From: Candidatus Zixiibacteriota bacterium
GTDB lineage: Bacteria > Zixibacteria > MSB-5A5 > GN15 > FEB-12
NCBI GenBank assembly: GCA_024276275.1
Contig: JAJRXM010000039.1
Coordinates: 5,271 to 69,270, forward strand
Length of the DNA stretch: 64,000 nucleotides
Direction of reading: 5' to 3'
Below, one piece after another: positions 36,679-45,697 of this stretch (positions are counted from its first letter, which is position 1; the number at the start of each line of letters is the position of its first letter). Position numbers and translations under genes: made by a program. The notes below the pieces were generated by a model, which did no database searches, was not told the origin of the DNA, and saw nothing but the letters and a program-made list of their open reading frames with translations.

Positions 36679-37811
36679 TGGTTATTGGTATTACATGCTA
36701 TCCCGTAGCGGGTGGCTCAGGTATTGTTGCCACCGAACTAGGTATACAATTAGCAGCCCGAGGACATCAAGTACATTTTATTTCTTATGCTATGCCTTTT
36801 CGGCTTGATGATTTCAAAACAAATCTAATGTATCATGCCGTCGAAACAACAGCGTATCCACTTTTTAAATACCCTCCGTATACTTTAACTCTCGCGGCAA
36901 AAATGGCGGAAGTCTCTCGTAACTATAACTTAGATGTTTTACATGTGCATTATGCCATTCCCCATGCTGCCTGTGCCTTTTTAGCTAAACAATTGTTGAA
37001 CGGTGTTGAGAAACAACCCAAAATTATTACAACTCTACATGGTACAGATATTACATTAGTAGGTTCAGACCCATCGTATTATGAAATAACCCGTTTTTCT
37101 ATAAACGCATCCGACGGTCTCTCGGCTGTTTCAAAATATCTTGCCGACGAAACAAAAGATGTATTCAAATTAGAACAGGATATACGTGTAGTATATAATT
37201 TTTTTGATGAAAAACGATTTAAACCGAATTCCAAACATTGTATCAAATCAGAATTTGCCGAAGAAAACGAGTTTCTTATTACTCATGTTTCTAATTTTCG
37301 TCCTGTCAAAAGAACTCTTGATGTTATAGATATATTTGAAAAAATATCAACAGAACTACCTGCTAAACTTCTTTTAATCGGTGAAGGTCCCGATACTATT
37401 TTAACAAGACGGCAGGTGAACAAAAAAGGACTTGCCGATAAAGTTATTTTCTTAGGGAACCAAAGTAGAGTAGAGGCAGTACTGCCATGTTCGGATCTCT
37501 TTTTACTTCCTTCGGAAGAAGAATCTTTCGGCTTAGCTGCTCTTGAGGCTCTTGCTTGTGGAGTTCCTGTAATAGGGACACAAGGGACAGGGTTGGTCGA
37601 AGTAGTAGATGATTACAAAAACGGATTTTTACTACCTGTAGGAGATACAACCTCAATGGCACGGGCTTCTATATCGCTGTTAAAAGATACGAATCGCTTA
37701 GCTACGTTTAAAAGAGATGCTGCCAAAATAGCTTTTGATAGATTTAACTCTCAAAAAATCATCTCTGATTATGAATCATACTATGAGGATGTATTAAATG
37801 GTAAATCTTGA
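36678..37811 (+). CDS. bshA: N-acetyl-alpha-D-glucosaminyl L-malate synthase BshA (GT4)
   Basis: 377 aa. The N-terminus IGITCYPVAGGSGIVATELGIQLAARGHQVHFISYAMPFRL closely matches the BshA N-terminus, and it carries the GT4 motif EESFGLAALEALACGVPVIG. Confidence 0.85.
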   Translation: MVIGITCYPVAGGSGIVATELGIQLAARGHQVHFISYAMPFRLDDFKTNLMYHAVETTAYPLFKYPPYTLTLAAKMAEVSRNYNLDVLHVHYAIPHAACAFLAKQLLNGVEKQPKIITTLHGTDITLVGSDPSYYEITRFSINASDGLSAVSKYLADETKDVFKLEQDIRVVYNFFDEKRFKPNSKHCIKSEFAEENEFLITHVSNFRPVKRTLDVIDIFEKISTELPAKLLLIGEGPDTILTRRQVNKKGLADKVIFLGNQSRVEAVLPCSDLFLLPSEEESFGLAALEALACGVPVIGTQGTGLVEVVDDYKNGFLLPVGDTTSMARASISLLKDTNRLATFKRDAAKIAFDRFNSQKIISDYESYYEDVLNGKS

Positions 37812-38511
37812 TGTTTTAGCAATTGCTGCTCACCCTGACGATATAGAAATTACTTGTGGAGGACTCTTAATAAATATGTCGAAACAAGGTCGGAAAACCG
37901 GAGCGTTAGATTTAACAAGAGGCGAGATGGGAACCTTTGGTACTCAGGCTGATAGAGATTCTGAGGCAATCGCAGCAGGTGAACTTATGGGTTTATCATA
38001 TCGTAACAACCTTTCCATATCCGACTCTGCTGTTGCTTATAATCAGGAGAATAAATTAAAAATTGCACAGGTAATCAGAGATACAAAAGCGGAGTTATTG
38101 ATTCTTCCTCATTGGGAACAAAGACATCCCGACCACTTGGCTTGTACAAAATTGGGTTATGATGCAAGTTTTTTAGCAGGATTGAAAAAAATAGATTTAA
38201 ACGGTGAACCTCATCGCCCACGCAAAATAATTTATATTTCATACTCCCGAACTGCCGATTTTTCCTTTTTAGTAGATATTTCAGAAAGTTTCGAGCAAAA
38301 ATGCGAGGCAGTAAGAGCTTATAAATCTCAATTTGAAAACCGGGAAAATGCAAAACGAATTTTTCAACCCGGGTTGGATGTTTTTGAATATATGGAAATC
38401 AAAGCAAAATTTCTAGGTCAAATAGCAGGCGTAAAGTTTGCTGAGTCATATTTTATAAAAGAATCTATCCTCATTGATGACCCACAAAACATGCCCATAG
38501 CATCAGTTTAA
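37798..38511 (+). CDS. bshB1: N-acetyl-alpha-D-glucosaminyl L-malate deacetylase BshB (LmbE family)
   Basis: 237 aa. It has the LmbE zinc motif AHPDDIEITCGG and HPDH. It overlaps the bshA end by 14 nt. Confidence 0.8.
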   Translation: MVNLDVLAIAAHPDDIEITCGGLLINMSKQGRKTGALDLTRGEMGTFGTQADRDSEAIAAGELMGLSYRNNLSISDSAVAYNQENKLKIAQVIRDTKAELLILPHWEQRHPDHLACTKLGYDASFLAGLKKIDLNGEPHRPRKIIYISYSRTADFSFLVDISESFEQKCEAVRAYKSQFENRENAKRIFQPGLDVFEYMEIKAKFLGQIAGVKFAESYFIKESILIDDPQNMPIASV

Positions 38512-38705
38512 TTCTCTTAATTCCTTGTTTTATAATGACTTATCGATATAGCGACTAGTTGTTCTCTAATATTCGCTAGATTGAGTTCAGAACTTAAGAT
38601 TATAATCCGATAAAATAAATAGATTTGAGAAGCAGGGGATACGGGTTATTTCAATCATGAAATTTCCCCCTGCTTAATAATCTCAATCAAGGGGATAGGA
38701 AAATT

Positions 38706-38739
38706 ATTCGACTGTAATTTAATTACAGTCGAATTTTTT
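38706..38739 (+). terminator. strong rho-independent terminator or attenuator between bshB and the CDF gene
   Basis: It is a near-perfect hairpin, ATTCGACTGTAAT-TT(T)-AATTACAGTCGAAT (38706-38734), followed by a T-run to 38739. It ends only 21 nt before the CDF ATG. Confidence 0.7.
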
Positions 38740-38760
38740 ATTAACAATTTAATTCTTATT

Positions 38761-39660
38761 ATGTATTTTACATCTATGTCAGAGCTATCAAAAAATATGA
38801 GCAAAGGTTTTTTAGTAACTATAGTCGGTATATGTGCAAATATTGTCTTGGTCGTTATTAAAATATATGCCGGACTTCTTGGAAAAAGTCAAGCACTGGT
38901 TGCCGACGGAATCCATTCTCTCTCGGATTTACTCTCAGATTTTATTGTTCTATTCGGACTAAAATGGGGAGCTATGGATGCTGATGAAAATCACCCTTTT
39001 GGTCATGGGAGAATTGAAACTCTCTCGAGTATGATTGTCGGAATTCTTTTAATCGGAGCCGGAGTAGGAATAGTTTACAATTCTGTTGAGGTTCTTTATG
39101 AACATCAAAAAGCAGAACCGACTCTACTTACTATTTTTATAGCTTTTACCTCCATTTTAATTAAAGAAACAATGTATTGGTACACGGTGTTGATTGGCAG
39201 AAAGATGAAAAGTATGCTCTTAATTGCAAATGCCTGGCATCATAGAACCGATGCCCTCTCATCTGTTGCTGTTCTAATTGGTGTCGGCGGGGTCTATTTG
39301 AATCCTGATTGGTATTTAGCAGATTCTTTGGCATCACTTTTTGTAACGTATTTTATTTTTCGTGCAGGTGGACAGATGGTTTGTACTGCTCTTAAAGAAG
39401 TTGCTGATACTGCTCCAAGTAAAGATGTGTTAGATAAAATCAGAGATACTGCTCAAACAGTAGATGGTGTTATAAACGCTCATGACATCCATGCCCGTTT
39501 TTCAGGTGGGCAGATTTTCTCTGAAATTCATATTGTTGTAAATCCGGAAATTACTGTTCGGGAAGGTCATGAAATTGCTGATGAAGTTGAAAGAGCGGTA
39601 ATTGCTGAAGTCGACGACTTAGTTCGTGTGATAGTACATGTTGACCCTATCGAAGATTGA
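38761..39660 (+). CDS. cation diffusion facilitator (CDF) family metal efflux transporter
   Basis: 299 aa with six TM helices. It has the metal-site motifs HSLSDLLSD (TM2) and HHRTDALSS (TM5) and a C-terminal cytoplasmic domain. The true start may be the downstream Met at 38797. Confidence 0.85.
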   Translation: MYFTSMSELSKNMSKGFLVTIVGICANIVLVVIKIYAGLLGKSQALVADGIHSLSDLLSDFIVLFGLKWGAMDADENHPFGHGRIETLSSMIVGILLIGAGVGIVYNSVEVLYEHQKAEPTLLTIFIAFTSILIKETMYWYTVLIGRKMKSMLLIANAWHHRTDALSSVAVLIGVGGVYLNPDWYLADSLASLFVTYFIFRAGGQMVCTALKEVADTAPSKDVLDKIRDTAQTVDGVINAHDIHARFSGGQIFSEIHIVVNPEITVREGHEIADEVERAVIAEVDDLVRVIVHVDPIED

Positions 39661-39837
39661 TATAAATCTGTCATAACTGAGTCCGCCTAGGCGGAAAGTA
39701 TTCTCCAAAATATAAAGTTCTATCATAATTTCACTAATCAAGTTCAGTAGGTCGCGGTTCCGTTGATTTGAAATCGTTAGATTTTAAAATCGAGAAACCC
39801 GACAATTTCATAGTAATTAAATTAGTTTTATGTCTTT

Positions 39838-40971
39838 TTATTGTGCAATTATTTTTAGTAGACTATCTGCTTTTGTATTTGTGTTATCTATCTTTATTAT
39901 TTCTTCTAATTGCTTAATTGAATTATTAGTATCTAATATTGTTAAATATGACAATGCTAATAAATAAATTGCATCAACATAATTTGGATTTAATTCAAGT
40001 GCATTCTTCAAATGAAAAATTGAATTACCGAATTCAGATTTACTTGTATCCAATACCGCAAGATTAAAATGTAACGATTCATCGTTTGAACACAAAAATA
40101 GAGCATGTTTCAAATATCTTTCTGATAATTCATACTCATATTTGTTTAGATAAGTAACCCCTAAATTTTTATAAAGAATACAATTATTTGAGTCATATTT
40201 AATAGCTTCCAAGTAAAAAAATTCAGCAGAATCTAAATTAGAAGAATATACATAATTGTATGCTAAAGCATTATATCCTTGTGAAATGGGATTCATATCA
40301 TTTTTATCCTTGTCTTGAAGAAATATAGTTGAAATCTTTCCTATAATATTGGCTGAGGATTTATCAATTCCATTACTAAAATTATAGTTCTTTTGAAGTT
40401 CTATTATCTTATAATTGTTAGAATCAAACTTAATACTTTCATGATGAATATCTATATACGGAAACATAATAGAATTTGAATTATTAACATGATAAGCTCC
40501 AAATAAATGAGCAATTTCATGTGTAAGCAATAATGACAAATAAATTTTATTTAATTCTTTTTCTTCAATTGTAATAAGAACTTTCGTACCTAGTATTGGA
40601 GAAAGTCCTCTCGGAGTGCTTTGCTTAAATCTTTGTGAGTTTTTATTCAATTTACTTGATGATAAAAAAATTTGTATATCAACGTTATTTTGTTTTATGT
40701 ACTTTCTAGTTAATAATAAATTTTCTTGAAAATCAAACAAGTTACTTTTTGGGGTCCATTTGAATTTTTCATTCTTAACAAAGGTAACCCCAAATGGTTC
40801 ATAAGCATCATTTACGAGTTGGAATGAAAATTGTAATAATTCTTCAATTTTATTATTTTGAATTAACTCGTCATCCAAATAGATGTCATAATTAACAATT
40901 CTTTTTGTTTTACAATAAGAAGAAGAATGTATGAACGTTACTAAAAACAGAACTGCGAATATTTTTTTCAT
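39838..40971 (-). CDS. secreted metzincin-like zinc metalloprotease fused to TPR repeats (AT-rich orphan)
   Basis: 377 aa with a signal peptide. It has the motif HEIAHLFGAYH (HExxHxxGxxH) followed by SIM (a possible Met-turn), and C-terminal TPR repeats (YKNLGVTYLNKYEYELSERYLKHAL and others). Two sampled 60-nt lines hold 14 and 15 G+C, against 24/60 in a recG line. Confidence 0.55.
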   Translation of the reverse strand: MKKIFAVLFLVTFIHSSSYCKTKRIVNYDIYLDDELIQNNKIEELLQFSFQLVNDAYEPFGVTFVKNEKFKWTPKSNLFDFQENLLLTRKYIKQNNVDIQIFLSSSKLNKNSQRFKQSTPRGLSPILGTKVLITIEEKELNKIYLSLLLTHEIAHLFGAYHVNNSNSIMFPYIDIHHESIKFDSNNYKIIELQKNYNFSNGIDKSSANIIGKISTIFLQDKDKNDMNPISQGYNALAYNYVYSSNLDSAEFFYLEAIKYDSNNCILYKNLGVTYLNKYEYELSERYLKHALFLCSNDESLHFNLAVLDTSKSEFGNSIFHLKNALELNPNYVDAIYLLALSYLTILDTNNSIKQLEEIIKIDNTNTKADSLLKIIAQ

Positions 40972-41320
40972 AATTTCAATATTATTTTACTCTTTTGTTG
41001 CTTGAATATAAATGTTCTATGCAATGGTAAACCTTACTGACTTTTTGTCAATAAGTTTTTTATTTTATTGAAATTATGTGATATAGCAAAGTTCTGGATT
41101 CCCAATCAAGTTGGGAATGACATTTGGGGAAATACCTTTCAACAAGTGCAATGTGACTTATAAAAAGTAGGGAAACCACTTTTCAGTTAAGCGACGTAGG
41201 GTAATATCATGGCAATTATCTTGTCCGATCTTGATTTTGAGACCTGCCTAAAATAATAATATTACCTAATACATATATAAATTCAATTGCCACTCAATCT
41301 ATTTTTTATATATTGTCTTC

Positions 41321-41417
41321 GGAAGTGGATGTCGTCTGGTGGCGGTCCCGGTCTTCAAAGCCGTGTGGGGGGCAATGATCTTGTCCTCGGTAGGTTCGAT
41401 TCCTACCCCTTCCGCCA
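41321..41417 (+). tRNA. selC: tRNA-Sec (anticodon UCA)
   Basis: 97 nt starting GGAAGTGG and ending CCCCTTCCGCCA. It has an 8-bp acceptor stem (one U:C mismatch), a 6-bp D stem GUCGUC/GGCGGU with a 4-nt loop, and the anticodon loop CUUCAAA (TCA at 41355-41357). It also has a long variable arm (GGGGGCAA-UGAUC-UUGUCCUC), a T arm with GGTTCGATTCC, and an encoded CCA. It is closely colinear with E. coli selC. Confidence 0.9.
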
Positions 41418-41433
41418 TTATAAATAAAAACTT

Positions 41434-42024
41434 TTAAAACCAGCTTAATCGTTTTAACTCAGGAATTTCTTCACGCATTCTATCAGAGATTTCTTCTAAT
41501 TCGCGTGCCATATCTTCAATATTTTCAGCACGAAGTTCTATTTTATCCGCTTTCTTTTCAATCTTTTTAGCTTTTTGCTCCATCTCTTCTTCTAAATCAT
41601 CGGAATCATAATCAGGAGAAATAAGTTTAAACACACAAAGTATTGCAGAAAGACCCAATTTTGCACCCTCAGCTCCGATTTTCGCCCCATCCCATACAAT
41701 ATCTTTGGCTTCTTTAAAAATCAGATCAATAGAACGATACATCTCTTTTGTTAATTTTCGCTGTTTAGGAGTAGTTTGAATATGCTTATCATTGATATAC
41801 AGCTCATATTTTTTATCAATTGTAAATGATGTTTTTTCATCGGTATTGGTAACTTTCAGGATATCATCGTCGAAATCAATATTGATATTATCAATAGTAA
41901 TACCATCAAAACCGTAACGGGCATTATGCCCTTTATCTTTATATTTCTTTGCAGAAACAGATGATACCGTGAGCATGATTGATAAAACTATTAAAAATGA
42001 TATACTTCTTTGAAATGTATACAT
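41434..42024 (-). CDS. hypothetical secreted protein with a C-terminal acidic coiled coil
   Basis: 196 aa with a signal peptide (VSSVSA/KK). GGAGAAG precedes the start. The C-terminus reads EEEMEQKAKKIEKKADKIELRAENIEDMARELEEISDRMREE. Confidence 0.5.
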   Translation of the reverse strand: MYTFQRSISFLIVLSIMLTVSSVSAKKYKDKGHNARYGFDGITIDNINIDFDDDILKVTNTDEKTSFTIDKKYELYINDKHIQTTPKQRKLTKEMYRSIDLIFKEAKDIVWDGAKIGAEGAKLGLSAILCVFKLISPDYDSDDLEEEMEQKAKKIEKKADKIELRAENIEDMARELEEISDRMREEIPELKRLSWF

Positions 42025-42132
42025 TATTCTTCTCCTTAATTGTAATTAGTACAAATACGGAAAAATGAATAAAAAAGTTTCATTTTGTATTTTGAGATTG
42101 ACTTTTTCGCATAATTAAAATTTACTTCAGCA

Positions 42133-44220
42133 ATGGCAGAATTAAAATTACATTCACCACTACAATATGTAAAAGGCGTAGGTCCTAAAAAAGCAGCTTT
42201 TTTACAAACCATGGGGATACAGTCCGTCAAGGATATTCTGTTCTATTTTCCTAGGAGTTATCTCGACCGAACATCTGTAACCGATATCGCAAAACTCTCA
42301 CCTGATAGCTATGTAACGATTATCGGGAGAGTAAAATCTCATGGAATGCTCTATGGTCGAAAAAAAAGATACGAAGTAATTTTACAAGATGATACCGGGG
42401 CAATTACATTAACCTGGTTTCACGGTATAAGGTACTGGGAAAAATTATTTAAAAAAAATCAGGTTTATGCCTGTTCAGGATTAGTCGGTTCATATTTTGG
42501 TATGCAGATGGTGCATCCCGACATGGAACGACTTGAAGATGAGTCCGATAAGATGATTCATGCAGGTCGTATAATACCGGTCTATCCTCAAACAGCAGAA
42601 TTGTCCAAAGCAGGTCTGAACAGCAAAATGATGCGAAGGATAACAACCTTTATTTTTGAAAACCTGACTGAGCCTATTCCCGATTTTCTCCCAAAAGAAG
42701 TTTTACAAACTACCAGACTACTTTCATTAGACCAAGCTCTTAAAACTATTCATTATCCCGATAACAGAGAAGAAATTGAGAAAAGTAGAAAACGTCTTTC
42801 TTTTGATGAGCTTTTGAATTTTCAGTATATGGTTTTCTTAAGAAAAGAACGGAAAAAAACTATCACTAAAACTCATACATATAAACCGATTTCAAAAACC
42901 TATGAGAAATTTAAGAAAGAACTTCCGTTTTCTTTAACACCTGCTCAGGAAAAAGCTCTCAACGAAATTCTTTCGGATTTAAATAAAAAGTTTCCTATGT
43001 CAAGAATGCTGCAGGGTGATGTCGGCTGCGGTAAAACAGTTGTAGCAATCTTGGCAGCTTTGTTTGCATCACAAAGTAATCATCAGGTAGCTTTTATGGC
43101 TCCTACCGAAATTTTAGCTGAACAACATTTTCGAAATTGGAACAGTTTGCTTGAAAAAATCGGTGTTTCTTCAAGATTGCTGACATCATCACAAAAGGCT
43201 GCCGAGAAAAAGAAAACAGCCGAACTTTGTCAAACAGGTGAAGTCGATATCCTTTTTGGCACACATGCTTTGATTTATGATTCAATCAATTTTAAGCAAT
43301 TAGGACTGGTTATTATTGACGAACAGCATCGGTTTGGTGTTGAGCAAAGAAGTCGTCTTTGTGACAAAGGAGAAAACCCTGACCTATTGGTAATGACCGC
43401 TACCCCGATTCCGAGAACCTTAGCCTTGACTCTTTACGGAGATTTGGAAATCTCTACAATTGATACACTTCCAAAAGGACGACAACCGATTAAAACAGTC
43501 TGGCGTACCGGCGATGTACGGGAAAAAGTGTATAAATATATTTTGGATGATGTCAAAAAAGGAGGACAGACCTATATCGTCTATCCGTTGATTGAAAAAT
43601 CTGAAATGACAGAGCTTGAAAATGTCGAAGATGCGTATAAAAGATTATCAAGTTCAACTTTTAAAAACATCTCGGTCGGCATGGTACACGGAAAAATCAA
43701 ACCGAAAGAACGTGATGATATTATTCGGAATTTTTTTGAAGGTTCTATCAATGTACTAATGGCTACTACTGTTATCGAGGTAGGCCTTGATAATCCAAAT
43801 GCTACTATCATGGTCATAGAACATGCCGAACGGTTTGGTTTGGCACAACTGCATCAACTTCGGGGAAGGATTGGTCGAGGTAAAAAGAAGTCAACATTGG
43901 TAGCGATAGCACACCCGCCGTTAACTGAAATAGCAACTCAAAGACTTGAGTATTTTATCTCGACAACCGACGGTTTTAAAATCTCCGAAGCTGACTTACA
44001 TCTAAGAGGTCCAGGGGAATTTTTTGGGCTGCGTCAATCAGGCGAAATGAGGTTTCAGAATGTTCGACTTGGAGAAGATTCGGAGCTGTTGGAACACTCA
44101 AGAATACTACTTGAAAAACTCTTTCAAAAGAAGAACGAGCTTGACTCTGCATACAAATATTTGCATACATACCTATCAGAAAAAATAGATATTGACACTG
44201 TTGAACTAAAAGGAGCATAG
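42133..44220 (+). CDS. recG: ATP-dependent DNA helicase RecG
   Basis: 695 aa. It has the N-terminus LQYVKGVGPKKAAFL...FYFPRSY, a wedge domain, Walker A GDVGCGKT, DEQHRFGV, and the TRG-type motif QLRGRIGRG. Confidence 0.95.
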   Translation: MAELKLHSPLQYVKGVGPKKAAFLQTMGIQSVKDILFYFPRSYLDRTSVTDIAKLSPDSYVTIIGRVKSHGMLYGRKKRYEVILQDDTGAITLTWFHGIRYWEKLFKKNQVYACSGLVGSYFGMQMVHPDMERLEDESDKMIHAGRIIPVYPQTAELSKAGLNSKMMRRITTFIFENLTEPIPDFLPKEVLQTTRLLSLDQALKTIHYPDNREEIEKSRKRLSFDELLNFQYMVFLRKERKKTITKTHTYKPISKTYEKFKKELPFSLTPAQEKALNEILSDLNKKFPMSRMLQGDVGCGKTVVAILAALFASQSNHQVAFMAPTEILAEQHFRNWNSLLEKIGVSSRLLTSSQKAAEKKKTAELCQTGEVDILFGTHALIYDSINFKQLGLVIIDEQHRFGVEQRSRLCDKGENPDLLVMTATPIPRTLALTLYGDLEISTIDTLPKGRQPIKTVWRTGDVREKVYKYILDDVKKGGQTYIVYPLIEKSEMTELENVEDAYKRLSSSTFKNISVGMVHGKIKPKERDDIIRNFFEGSINVLMATTVIEVGLDNPNATIMVIEHAERFGLAQLHQLRGRIGRGKKKSTLVAIAHPPLTEIATQRLEYFISTTDGFKISEADLHLRGPGEFFGLRQSGEMRFQNVRLGEDSELLEHSRILLEKLFQKKNELDSAYKYLHTYLSEKIDIDTVELKGA

Positions 44221-44226
44221 TTATAA

Positions 44227-44565
44227 ATGACAGCTGACTTACAAAAAATTGATCCTCATTTTATGCAAATCGTTTTGTCTTTGCAAGTTGCTGCAATGCA
44301 GTATATGGGCAAAGTTATGAACCCGATGACTTCGAAAATCGAACGTGATTTGGTGATGGCTCAAAACAGTATAGATATGCTTTCCATGCTTGATACAAAA
44401 ACGAAAAACAACCTCACCGAAGAAGAGTCAAAACTGATTGAACATGTCTTATATGAACTTCGGCTCAACTATGTCGATGAAACGAACAAAAAAGATGAAC
44501 CTGCTGTATCTGCTGAAAAAAATGATACAACAGATGAAAATGACAAAAACGAAGAAAATAAATAA
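44227..44565 (+). CDS. DUF1844 domain protein
   Basis: 112 aa. The pattern FMQIVLSLQVAAMQYMGKVMNP...RDLVMAQNSIDMLSMLDTKTKNNLTEEE...LRLNYV matches my recollection of DUF1844. Confidence 0.6.
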   Translation: MTADLQKIDPHFMQIVLSLQVAAMQYMGKVMNPMTSKIERDLVMAQNSIDMLSMLDTKTKNNLTEEESKLIEHVLYELRLNYVDETNKKDEPAVSAEKNDTTDENDKNEENK

Positions 44566-44682
44566 TAACGGGAAATTTCTTTCTATTTGATTGTATAATC
44601 ATTTACCTGAGAATGACTTAGGAAAACAAAATCTTTCTTCTTACGACTTGCAATATTGCCACTTAAATGTTATATTAAAATA

Positions 44683-45639
44683 ATGGAAATGACTGAACAA
44701 CTGGAAGTTAAGGGTGAAATGCCAAAGCAGAAAATGAGTACTCTTTTTGGCGAATCTTTGCAATTCAATACTCCGTTGGCTGACTATTCAAGTTTTCGTA
44801 CCGGGGGAAATGCGGCTTGTTTTATAAATACAAAAACTGTTGATGAAACCGTTCATGCGGTCTTAACTGCTCATGAGAATCAAATCCCTTTTATTATCAT
44901 AGGAGGCGGTTCGAATTTGCTGATTTCTGATAACGGATACGACGGTTTGGTCATCAAAATCGATGTTTTAGGAATAAAAATGACCGGTGATACTGAAATA
45001 GAGTGCGGTGCAGGTGAAGATTTGATGAATTTGGTCAATTTTGCTGCCGATAACAGCATGAAAGGGCTCGAATTTGCGGCAGGTATATGGGGGTCGGTCG
45101 GTGGAGCTGTTTTTGGAAATGCCGGAGCATATGGCGGAGAAATGAAAGATATTCTTACTGAAATCACTCTTTTGGATAGAAACGGTAAATTAAAACATGT
45201 CAAACCTGAATACTGTAAATTTGAGTATAGAAGCTCTTATTTGAAAGAAACCAAAGAAATTGTTCTTTCAGTAAAAATGAAGCTACAAAAAGGTAATAAA
45301 GACGAACTAAAGACTAAAATTGATGAAATATTGGCAATTAGAGCTTCAAAACATCCGGTCGAACAGTTTTCAGCAGGAAGTTTCTTTAAAAATATACCTG
45401 ATCCGAAAGAAAAATACGGCAAATTACCGGCAGGTAGATTACTAGAGGAAATTGGTGCTAAAGACATTTCAGTCGGTGGTGCTAAAGTCTATGAGAAACA
45501 TGCTAATATTATTATAAACGACGGTACTGCTACCTCAAAAGATATTCGGGAATTAGCCGACATATTAAGAAAGAAAGTATTTGAGAAATATGGCATCACA
45601 TTAGAAGATGAAGTCATATCAATCGGAAATTTTAAATAA
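44683..45639 (+). CDS. murB: UDP-N-acetylenolpyruvoylglucosamine reductase MurB
   Basis: It has an FAD-binding domain (FRTGGNAACFI, IIGGGSNLLISD) and a C-terminal MurB domain (GSFFKNIP, GGAKVYEKHANIIIN). The ATG at 44683 is preferred over the track TTG at 44656. Confidence 0.9.
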   Translation: MEMTEQLEVKGEMPKQKMSTLFGESLQFNTPLADYSSFRTGGNAACFINTKTVDETVHAVLTAHENQIPFIIIGGGSNLLISDNGYDGLVIKIDVLGIKMTGDTEIECGAGEDLMNLVNFAADNSMKGLEFAAGIWGSVGGAVFGNAGAYGGEMKDILTEITLLDRNGKLKHVKPEYCKFEYRSSYLKETKEIVLSVKMKLQKGNKDELKTKIDEILAIRASKHPVEQFSAGSFFKNIPDPKEKYGKLPAGRLLEEIGAKDISVGGAKVYEKHANIIINDGTATSKDIRELADILRKKVFEKYGITLEDEVISIGNFK

Positions 45640-45697
45640 GGAGATTTTATAGAACATTAGCTAATCTAATAAAATTAACACAATTTTTTGAATTGTT

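Noticed and set aside
39745-39775. Resemblance between CAGTAGGTCGCGGTTCCGTTGATT and the tRNA-Sec T-arm/3' end (GGTAGGTTCGATTCC), as a possible att-site duplicate marking an island.
   Set aside because: The match is short and gapped, and lies on the 5' side of the tRNA. It is better explained as a member of the AGTAGG hairpin family. No integrase is present.
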